Below, piece after piece: positions 54,901 to 61,039 of a stretch of DNA of 64,000 nt. Made by a program: the position numbers and the translations under genes. Source of the DNA: an uncultured Planctomycetia bacterium (GTDB taxonomy: Bacteria > Omnitrophota > Gorgyraeia > 1-14-0-20-64-10); assembly GCA_964597545.1 (NCBI GenBank), contig CAZQXN010000002.1, forward strand, positions 88,234 through 152,233, read 5' to 3'. Position 1 is the stretch's first letter. Every line of letters begins with the position of its first letter. The notes beneath the pieces are model-generated. The model was given only the letters and a program-made list of their open reading frames with translations. It ran no database searches and was not told the DNA's origin.

Positions 54901-57900
54901 GGCCGGTGAGACCGGTGAGGAGTGGGCGCAGTGGGCTTGGGAGAGGGCCAGTGCGGATCTGGGTCTGTCCGGGCTCGAGGAGGGTGACGCCATTGCACCG
55001 GCAAGCTTAAGCGTGGTGCTCACCCATTACCTGGTTGCCGGGGTCACTGCCCGCTACAACTCCTCACCTGCTGACCTTCAGGAGGCGCTGAGAAATCCCA
55101 CTCGCGCTGCCCACATGGCCCGCGCTGCAGAACGCTTCCTGGCTGACGCAGAGCTTGCAGGCCACCTGGAGGAGGCAGGTGTCCGGCTGACAGGGGATCA
55201 GCCGATCACCGCCACCCTACAGGATTCTTCGTACAGGAGCCGCGTTGTCCAATTGGCGATGGATTATCTTCAGTTGGAGGAACGGTTCACGCCGCTGGCG
55301 GTGGCACCCGAGCCCTTAAGCGCTGAAGAGCTTGAGACCCTCTTTACGGATCAGACCGTATACGCCGGAATCTTCTCTGTCAGCCCCTTGGCAGAGCAGT
55401 TGGAGCTGGCGACTCTGCAGAGGGATTTTGACCGATTCTCGCCAGACGGCAAGGCAGTCCGGGTGATCGGGGTCTCCAAGGAGGATCTCAATCGCGACGC
55501 TACCGCGAACCGCTTCCTGGTGGCGGACCCCTCTGGCCGGGTGAGAGAGGTTCGTTCGCTCGATTCCGTCAAGATCGACCGGGCGCATGTCTTAGAGCTG
55601 GACCATGCCAAGGAATTGGCTGACCACCGGGAGATCTGGGAGCTCCTCGACGCTCTTCTGGTGCCGGTAGTCAACCCCTGGGAGTCGGCGGCCAAGGCCG
55701 ACGACAAGTTCCAAACCCATGCAATCTTGCGCGACGCCGGTATCGCAACCCCCTTAGCCGAGAAGGCCGTCGGGATTATCTCTGCCCGTAAGAAGGTGGA
55801 GGAGGCGCTGACCTCACTGGTGAGGAGGCATCTTGAGCGGCAGGGAGCCCTTCAGCAGCCGGGAGTCCACCCCGTGAGCCTCTTTGCCCAGCCCAACATC
55901 GGAAGCCGCGGGGAGAATCTTGGCTTCGGCGCCTTTGAGGTTGTCGTCAGAGAAGGTGAGGCGCTGGAGATTCATCCGGAACAGCGCGGCTGGAGCGATC
56001 TACTGGAGCATGCCGACCGGCTCATTAAGAGACGTGATGCCGTGCTCACCGAGGAACGGGGAAGCGCAACCTACCAAGGCCGGAATGTGGTCTTGAAGCT
56101 CCTTGCCCTCTCTCCGGACGGGGGCCGGAGCTTCCAGGTGGAGTCGGGCGTGGCGCTGGTGGCCCGAGGCCCAGGGGAGTTCGCCTCTCCTGCACACGGG
56201 GCTGAGTTTGTTGAGATCAATGCCGCACTGCGGGATCTTAGATTTCCCGAGGGCCAGTCCCTTACACAGGGATCACTCAGCGCGATTCTTGGGACTGCTG
56301 CCGAAGCAGCCAGGGTCATTGGAGCCGGCCAGATCCTCGGCGTGGATCTCCTGCTGGAGTTTCAAGAGGATCGGATGGTTGCGGTGGTCAAAGAGGTTAA
56401 TGCCCGGCCCGGTGAGCTGTGGCGGTTCAATCGCATTGAGCCCCTCGATGAACCGGCCACAGGTCCTTCGACGCCGCTCAGGACAGGCCTGGAGGAAGGA
56501 GCCTCGGCTCCGCTCACCTCCTCCCTGCTGCCCCAAATGGCCGCTCCCGGCGTTACCGGAATTCGGAAGACCTACCCCCTCTGGCAATGGCAGAGGATGG
56601 TTTCTGATCCGGAGGGAAGTGGATTCAAAGCGATGCTGGCTGAGGAGTTTCATGCGGATCAGATTGATGAAGAGATTGTGCGCGTCAGAACGCTAATTGA
56701 TGCTGCGATGGGAAGAGAGGTCCAGATCAGAAGCCAAGAAGCCGAGCCCCTCTTTGATCCTGGCGCTCCGGTGGCGCTGAGCTTCGCCCCGGGGCGAGTC
56801 CGCTACAAGGGCGGCCACACCGATATTAAGGGGTCAGGAGAAAAGACCATCAACGCCGCCACCCATTTTGGCGTGTGGGCCCTGACCCAAGTCCTCCACG
56901 ACCCCAAGACCGCCGGCCGCGTGATCGCAGATAACCTTGCGCCCGAGCATGACCCATTCGCTTTTGGCCTCTTTGATGAGGGGATATTACCCCCTGTGGG
57001 GATTCGCCAGATTCGTCCGGATTGGCTTAATTTTGCTGAGACCCACGGCAGCCCCTACAAGTGGGAGGCCAACATCAAGGGGGTTCCGGCATTTATTCGG
57101 ACCGATTATCTGGATCCGACCGGAGACCGCCGCCGGGCCATGGAGGGGTGGGGAATCCGCCTGCTCTTGTCTGAGAGCACCATTCCGACCGGCAAGGGTC
57201 TGTCCACCTCCTCGGCATTACCGGCGGTCTTTGTTTGGGGGATTCAGCCCTTTTTGCCCCCCGAAGTCCGGCTGAGTCCGCAGCAGTTGAATGATGTGGA
57301 TTACGTCGCCTATTACGGCGGCGACCGAGCCGGAACCGCGGACATGACAACGATCAATCTGGGAGCGCTCGACACCATTCTGGTACTGGACTCTTTCCCT
57401 GAGGGTGTTGCCGCTACAGTAACACTACCCCCTGATTTTAGATACCTGATCGTTGACTCTGGAATTGAACGGTTAGACGCCGCTTCTCAGGAGATAAGGA
57501 CTCAAAACTTTGCCGCCTTCATTAAATCTATGACCGGAATGGGGCCGGCCTTTGCCACGATCTGGCTGAGGCATCTGTCCAGGAGCCGGCCGAGGGAGTA
57601 CAGACAGCTTGAGGAGCTTCTGCTGACCCACGAGGCAGGGCATCCCTTTGGCCTTTTGCGCGAGTTAAGCGAAACCGGCGCACTGACCGATCCCCGCTAT
57701 AACCCGATGGTAGACGGCGACACCGCTGATGCGCGGGAGGAATTTATTCGCAAGGTCATGGGAGAGATTCCAAATGGCATGACCGTTGAAGACATCCGGA
57801 CGGCCGTTGTCGAGGAGGACCTGCAGGGGTTGCTGGACGGTTTGCTGGCCGGTTTCACCCCTCTTCTGGGGGCGCATCAGGGTCAAGACGCAAAGGCTTT

Positions 57901-60900
57901 TCGGAGGCAAGAGCCGCAGGTTTTTAGCGCGCTTCAGATGCAGTCGGTCATCCCCATGCGCCAAATGGCGCTCTATCAATACGAAGAGGGTAGGCGTATT
58001 CAAGCCTATGTTGAGGCTGCCCGGCGAGGGGATGCCAAAACTCTTGTTGAGCTCTACCGTCAGGCCCATGACGGAGACCGGGCGCTCTGGAGTTTGGGGC
58101 CGGGCGGTGAGTTCGTCTTGACCCCTTGGGGTGAGAGCCAACCCAAAGAGGCCTTCTTCCGGAGCATCCCTGAGATGGATGAGCTTGCGGATCAATTCCG
58201 GGCGCACATGGAAGGCCTTTTTGCAGAGAGGATGGGCACCCCGGTCGCGGAGCTGCGCGTCTTGGCGGCCGGTTTGGGCGGGGCCTTTGCTCTGGGTGTT
58301 CGAGGGACAGATGAGGTACCTGTTGAGGAGGCGGTAGCTGCCGCGAAGAGGTGGTTTGACGAGCGCAAGCTGGAGGTCATTGAGGTCAGGCCCGGCGGGG
58401 GGGCAATGACCGTCGAGATGCCCACTTCACCCCCCACCTCCGCTTCTGCCACCGGCCAGGAGGAGATGTTGGGAGGGGTGCAAGAGCAGATTCGGCAGGC
58501 CAGCCCGCCAGGGGTGACGTTCGATCCCCGGCCTCGCGGCATCCAAGCGAATGGCAGGACGGCTTCTCAACAGGAGTTCAGCCTCCTCAGTTTTGTCTGG
58601 CAGCCATCTTCCGCGGTGGATGGTCTAAGCGCCGCAGAGCAGCTGCGGGCGGCCTGGCGCCAGGAAGGATTTCCTCCGGAGGCGCGGATACAAGGGGGCC
58701 CACATTTCCTCAATGTAGCCCTCCTGGATAAGCTCGATACGATGAAGAGTATTCTAAGGGAAGAGCTTCCAGACAGAGAGGTGGCTATCATTGCGGGGGA
58801 TGTCCCTGTCGTGGACTTCATCCGAGAGGATCAATTGGAGCAGTTTCCGCTTCAAGATTTTGTTCAGGTTTTGGTTCAGGGGCGGGGTGCGCCGGAACCA
58901 GAAGAGTACCCCCATGTTGCCCACGCCGGCAAAGGTGGCGACGGTGTAGATGATCTGCTTCGGGCCCTCACAGAGGCGATGGCAGAGGAGGGTGCGACGT
59001 ACGGAGACCTTCCCGAGTGGTTGTCCGGGTCCCTGCCGGATACGATGAAGCAAAAGCCCATCGACCCCCAGAAACTGGCGCTCTTTCTTGATGTGGACGG
59101 TACGGTGCTGGAACCGAAAGACACCTTTGATCCGGCGCAGGACGGTGTCCAAGGCCAGCATTTTCAAGGCGAGCGGGTGAAGCTGCTGACACAGCTTGCA
59201 GGCAAAGGGGTTGAGACCGCATTCCTCACAGCCAAGAATGCATTTGGCGATGTTGCTGCGGGGGGCGTTCATGACGATAGCCTGCGGCTGGTTGTTCCTC
59301 TGGGCAGTGCCCTGGAGGCGGCCGGTGTCCCTCAAGGGAGGATTCGATACGACGGGCTTTTTGGGCAGCAGCAAGCGCGGTACCAACCCGCCGGAGGGCT
59401 TCTCTGGAGTCGGGCAGAACTGCCGGAAGGCAGGCAACCCTTCACCCTCCGGGAAGCGGCAGCCATTCTTCGCAAACAGCTGGAGGTTGTCCAAGCCAAT
59501 CTTCAATCTGCCGGCTTGCAGGAGAATCCCCTTTCCCAGGTGGAAGGAGAGATCCGGGATGCAGGCAAACAGTTGGGATTGGACCTCTATCCGCAGTGGG
59601 GTGCCATCGATCCGGATGGCAGAGATGCTGCTCACAATCCGCTCTTTCTGGTCATCGAGTGGGACTCTGACCGATCCAACGCCGTTGATGCTGAGAAAGC
59701 TGGCGAGCAATTAAAGACCGATTTAAAAGCAATCCATCCCCTATTACCAGGCAGGGTGGTTCCGAGAGGCAACCTACTCAGCGTGGTTCTGCCATCAAAG
59801 CTGTGGAGTTTAAAGAGCATTGTAGAAACAGGATTTCCAAACAAACGAGTGGTGTTGGTCATTGGGGACCGGCTGAATACAGATTTCTACCATCCAGGGT
59901 TGGGTCACTCATTTCTGGACGCTCCTTACGCCTATGCGCAATTATTGCTGCGCAAGGTCGATCCAGCCTCGATACAACCTTATCCTAACCTTGTGATGAC
60001 CGAACAGGAAACAGAGGCAGGTTTCGATCAGGTCATGCAAGTGTTGCTCGATGCCATCGCCTCAAAGGGGCGCTATGAAACGCTGCCTTTCCTAGGTCCT
60101 GCCTTGAGCGCTCAGGGGGTGACAGGGCCGATCCAGCCGTCAGAGATCCTGATCTTTTCCGATGTGGATGGCACGATTTTGAGCTCCTTGGATACGTTTG
60201 TAGAGGCTGAGGATGGTGTGCAGGAGCAGACATTCCAGGCAGATCGGCTGGATCGAATGGTTCAGCTGGTTGGTCGCGGGGTTGGTTTCCAAACTTTGGG
60301 GGGGAAGGTGCTCCACGACCTCTCGGGGACCCGCGTTCGGACGGATGCCCAGCGGCTCATGGATCCCTTTGTGGCCACCCTATTGGATCGGAAGATCCCC
60401 TTGCGTGAAGTGGCCTACAATGGCGGTTTAGGGGTTCAGCGGGCTCAACCCATTGCCGCCGGTGAGTACAATTTCAGTAGGGGTGGTTTCCCAACGGAGT
60501 TGGAGGAGCTCACCGATCAGCAAGCGATTCAAGTTTTTCACCTGATGCTGGAGGCCATCCAGGCGAACATTCGTCCGGATGCCACCGGCCAAGAGGAGGT
60601 CATCCCGCTTCCTGCGGGGGCTGCCCAAGGGCACCTTGTTATTCTAACTCCCGATATGGTTGAACCTGCGATCGGGGCCTTGTCTATCTTGAAGCCTCCA
60701 CCCGGCGAAACCCTACAACTGGCCGCCATTGTTTCCAATGCACGTCAGGCAGCCGTGGTTACTGTCGGTTTGGAAGAGGCAGGGTTAACCCTTGCCCACC
60801 CGATGGTGAATCTCCAGGAAACCGGTTGGACCTTGGGAGAAGCGATCGTGGATATCCAAATTCGCGCCTGGGCCGATGCCATAGAGACTTTTGTGGTACA

Positions 60901-61009
60901 AACCTTCGGCCAGCTTAAAGGTTTGGGAGCTTACCTTAAGATCCCAGCTGCCTCCATTCGCACCTGGTTCAAGCGAGTCGAACGAGCCGTGCTGGGGATT
61001 CAAGCATAA
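45821..61009 (+). CDS. Giant secreted GLEE-motif protein (5062 aa): nucleotide-sugar dehydrogenase-like, two ATP-grasp-like, galactokinase-like and two permuted HAD domains
   Basis: Signal peptide ending AFA|EPK. GGFCILKE / GAPYKAG; DKFQTHAIL...GVDLL...EVNARPG; APGRVRYKGGHTD / PTGKGLSTSSA / AAGLGG; two DVDGT motifs. Confidence 0.88.
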   Translation: MNGLDNRKIWIRLSAWVVIQALVVTHLSPAFAEPKIGTRYQDQKSVPGTKTLRASQRESKGGLEELREALTEDAPQAPTETSPASGLEETMVDAGGVHGPGFGLLLEADEAALGRYGTEAAKEFAKTGVPVPKLGEGERVGRSSLSFSGRANGIFGRAKIGQFQLNAEERHRRPQAAATRNRLQAGLNFLAGQQRRERAQSELVLELLPLITPLVRLNASAAALRSAERRMDELIDRLDALGEGRGVRAEVARQLQAHLEAWRGGAGENQLMTQAQRVLLAQRVDALILEGQLSAGALQQAERLQEQLEQERYGVYEDQAPEKQKGISFNGVSLIAHLISFARIPTQRLAQRLAQSSAKGRIPLELWVDHDRLLDIPPLSDLRYRGEERVMRLDLTTPHRVNGFDAGGQLYGLALFNQLQAVVQAAEPAGPTPPWLDPVELGAKENLLTSFTCYETWAPQAQQALAQTLKDRHIDSGHHFRWFLTSGAYGTPLEKELAAERLMGRTRLVLEYDQGDPDDPESIISILESETDLEVLSDRIAPLLTGSASPAMAAANAARVGRWAQSTGRLLVGTRAGLASFVEAIAMAGARQLSVKELEAQVRGLVAWLDETRVDLQTPELGAVRDFSAVRGVAMELVNLAGQKTVFDAQLQGAIQRFDARLGEFHASVVKELRSLRTEQAGVIAREKAASGRSRRESRLARDLAVIQKKVDQLDGIMSALKEARAQAPKGEPVQVIIFQRPSARGVRNIAVGATGKDIYFSTDPKLNALLAKGAHNAHFTPFERVYIAVVDVLVEPLPAYANFFMLELKGGRNELVPFVDRKAMLAMFSNSSDSMRQNIRHRFESWWIGMAQRIVARQMQAEDEVERIQREHGVDEADALRWLIWERGWEPLVGQVAAVAERTRDNLLEQVFSLKGKYLIDERDALELAVRDDSSTQNLLGRLRDQAEAADEPFDQFLDTFTRRHRLIQRGRVLAQRALERPQGMFQVHNLTTMGPFETATSNREVLERSFAAGNVVDHYRLDGKVRAILRHWNDRTTAVAETVVRELDYSGYLDEAIEEFRGSPSNPKDRARGLRSIMDSYPEVGDEVIKIVLLLEAQEKRRWEGRLVEAAGTLMESAPYQKEAEDLEAVAGENGWDLQTPEGRFRATFEVLKRSSPLREAAISQAGPIRSAAGDLVEIEAVEERVRFHTESPTQQEDWRLRAARAVLDDFGVEPASGKNPLETVEANPDYQRAYRASLYSWARDEVIETLGLAEAQEDFLYLRNAGSTGMGLLTAREQAIWETGLSHELDNPRFQYNATGPAQGFLQGASMSQIDTGRDQVPSVIGLRKMVAGLDVRATAEAARVYETFNLAGVTRMNDPRIEEILKVVANLLWGAHHYLTEGIHVNIQAVGGDTMPMAHEQAVAENMAADLGAAIRRHAPAGFNWTLERFVREWNLRLDRLIKNGLWFYGGFCILKEPNLLFAAIKATLHPETRNQMLEAFGVPPQLRPEVLADLRRAMRMRQAFESEEEWTEHAHRFLMSRQKVYFEKLLPVAETQGPGTTLSTTLHLPRLPALLKYLQLRGIIAESGRRQDERTLQFRLADWVNKMLAQASIVNRMGLVRKIHETRRVLEELGVPMSEAVIVRGAPYKAGSELEYDAFLKAIFAITDVRGSPGIYILLIDSLLGKDGFFDEFDREGKELVRELLGGDAGFIPPADVRFVGPGSIGDAYDFVPRNIQQKHYGGMDLNTIHKEAVELLGRHGISREQIRAAAQEHGADLTKWSVLNDLDAGDREEVLQALAGWRLILANGERGLFRSYAQAIQGAHVIDLGIPEPELLDLLDEPTRLLGLARQGRGPDAPVALIDATAGSADSALGIRQPIWPKLKELLALGRRVDVEGKPYYTVGYGGSIDETVQQARIEQEAQGTFGEDLEAALLAGDYETADRLFTNFQGWVRNNNKHNEAQDDLSWVIGKRMGGQDARTEPTLPGEKGLRTVRRFDIQARVMSRLAAEDFSLAQANTADLVMAGLFYRLNGRLSREELDARLSRLAQALEDYRTHTGGDPTRKPAIVNVSQDDVDFVAQKVLLTRYEPDREEEQERVLATGQRGAGKAVEQGAERAVQAKRAARVSSSRVAAQRTQQRKAFQAARDGKAGSGLEEVSEGVDQAMEAVSAHGVPLAQITPEAFGRFLGHAQTAVEALVDAVLPPDTSLTAEQAELRRQALEFSHQFFNDGGAIRREAYYERQGGANVGLGPALGELAWQAREDEGLRETVAQVEVLLQTAMFVDAMVEVETPARFYEQLVEIFEMTLDSHRFYALPYLWSERERGLAFSGYSYDEKFALSRRLYGWLYRYLHAQFLERTEFGQMPAEYVDAVLGDATRGVWHIGIGHLENEDLQHWMSFKRFRDLAFWRNEHYMLPFVLTGASPTVFKMESRTNLIFTYGMGDMTVATHLTRAPLLEKHDTNVFQTAYPVHAETGDDTHPLEPQIHDGLTYVSLRRLHEILAGIGTPGAEIDRISGGIVRQFEEEMRRQGYNERQIEAVKASPHGIAVPILVQFSQPAAVHGGYVHDFRRERGPFDRDGGHWNQTTLTNAFTFAERFTWESLAGSGVMRPWQMNILHQEYRDWVEEGLSTEQIADKLLARIVDFMNSTPRLTHEGRLVTRAEMESGGRQMLIALLMQGREFVEKDLELVVHHALGILRGQNAVFKEFLESYATQYLTREAQEMIAEWFSRVRGIPVSLDHYPLTALFDYSRAIMVLGPDGYEVPYLILVLATQEIANFGMQGGLFVLTPEMIRPHYREAYMDALVGAADASIKSENQFLDDAQRREEILREFGRLYEVEELDDIIATPRRNLAGVADSDSHYQMVDAKLMLTDDAEGNLRWYWDEVAERRLFLFDLEDNPNADVAIFDESGSPVTWDAEHPIPMWEKPDPADESTWKPIPYYYKDATGQQHQIQIAYAAKLERNPGQGLMGPYDRMLPLHRKGEGAERLLAAMGQMGAQVMANRASIAAAPTPAPNDLQPQLLVNPTYTPIPTGERISLEAGETGEEWAQWAWERASADLGLSGLEEGDAIAPASLSVVLTHYLVAGVTARYNSSPADLQEALRNPTRAAHMARAAERFLADAELAGHLEEAGVRLTGDQPITATLQDSSYRSRVVQLAMDYLQLEERFTPLAVAPEPLSAEELETLFTDQTVYAGIFSVSPLAEQLELATLQRDFDRFSPDGKAVRVIGVSKEDLNRDATANRFLVADPSGRVREVRSLDSVKIDRAHVLELDHAKELADHREIWELLDALLVPVVNPWESAAKADDKFQTHAILRDAGIATPLAEKAVGIISARKKVEEALTSLVRRHLERQGALQQPGVHPVSLFAQPNIGSRGENLGFGAFEVVVREGEALEIHPEQRGWSDLLEHADRLIKRRDAVLTEERGSATYQGRNVVLKLLALSPDGGRSFQVESGVALVARGPGEFASPAHGAEFVEINAALRDLRFPEGQSLTQGSLSAILGTAAEAARVIGAGQILGVDLLLEFQEDRMVAVVKEVNARPGELWRFNRIEPLDEPATGPSTPLRTGLEEGASAPLTSSLLPQMAAPGVTGIRKTYPLWQWQRMVSDPEGSGFKAMLAEEFHADQIDEEIVRVRTLIDAAMGREVQIRSQEAEPLFDPGAPVALSFAPGRVRYKGGHTDIKGSGEKTINAATHFGVWALTQVLHDPKTAGRVIADNLAPEHDPFAFGLFDEGILPPVGIRQIRPDWLNFAETHGSPYKWEANIKGVPAFIRTDYLDPTGDRRRAMEGWGIRLLLSESTIPTGKGLSTSSALPAVFVWGIQPFLPPEVRLSPQQLNDVDYVAYYGGDRAGTADMTTINLGALDTILVLDSFPEGVAATVTLPPDFRYLIVDSGIERLDAASQEIRTQNFAAFIKSMTGMGPAFATIWLRHLSRSRPREYRQLEELLLTHEAGHPFGLLRELSETGALTDPRYNPMVDGDTADAREEFIRKVMGEIPNGMTVEDIRTAVVEEDLQGLLDGLLAGFTPLLGAHQGQDAKAFRRQEPQVFSALQMQSVIPMRQMALYQYEEGRRIQAYVEAARRGDAKTLVELYRQAHDGDRALWSLGPGGEFVLTPWGESQPKEAFFRSIPEMDELADQFRAHMEGLFAERMGTPVAELRVLAAGLGGAFALGVRGTDEVPVEEAVAAAKRWFDERKLEVIEVRPGGGAMTVEMPTSPPTSASATGQEEMLGGVQEQIRQASPPGVTFDPRPRGIQANGRTASQQEFSLLSFVWQPSSAVDGLSAAEQLRAAWRQEGFPPEARIQGGPHFLNVALLDKLDTMKSILREELPDREVAIIAGDVPVVDFIREDQLEQFPLQDFVQVLVQGRGAPEPEEYPHVAHAGKGGDGVDDLLRALTEAMAEEGATYGDLPEWLSGSLPDTMKQKPIDPQKLALFLDVDGTVLEPKDTFDPAQDGVQGQHFQGERVKLLTQLAGKGVETAFLTAKNAFGDVAAGGVHDDSLRLVVPLGSALEAAGVPQGRIRYDGLFGQQQARYQPAGGLLWSRAELPEGRQPFTLREAAAILRKQLEVVQANLQSAGLQENPLSQVEGEIRDAGKQLGLDLYPQWGAIDPDGRDAAHNPLFLVIEWDSDRSNAVDAEKAGEQLKTDLKAIHPLLPGRVVPRGNLLSVVLPSKLWSLKSIVETGFPNKRVVLVIGDRLNTDFYHPGLGHSFLDAPYAYAQLLLRKVDPASIQPYPNLVMTEQETEAGFDQVMQVLLDAIASKGRYETLPFLGPALSAQGVTGPIQPSEILIFSDVDGTILSSLDTFVEAEDGVQEQTFQADRLDRMVQLVGRGVGFQTLGGKVLHDLSGTRVRTDAQRLMDPFVATLLDRKIPLREVAYNGGLGVQRAQPIAAGEYNFSRGGFPTELEELTDQQAIQVFHLMLEAIQANIRPDATGQEEVIPLPAGAAQGHLVILTPDMVEPAIGALSILKPPPGETLQLAAIVSNARQAAVVTVGLEEAGLTLAHPMVNLQETGWTLGEAIVDIQIRAWADAIETFVVQTFGQLKGLGAYLKIPAASIRTWFKRVERAVLGIQA

Positions 61010-61017
61010 AGCATAAT

Positions 61018-61039
61018 GGGGACGGTCCATTTTGGGACA
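61018..61039 (+). repeat. Exact copy of the left arm of the 30534 inverted repeat; contains the RBS and TTG start of the next gene
   Basis: ggggacggtccattttgggaca is identical to 30534-30555. Confidence 0.9.
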
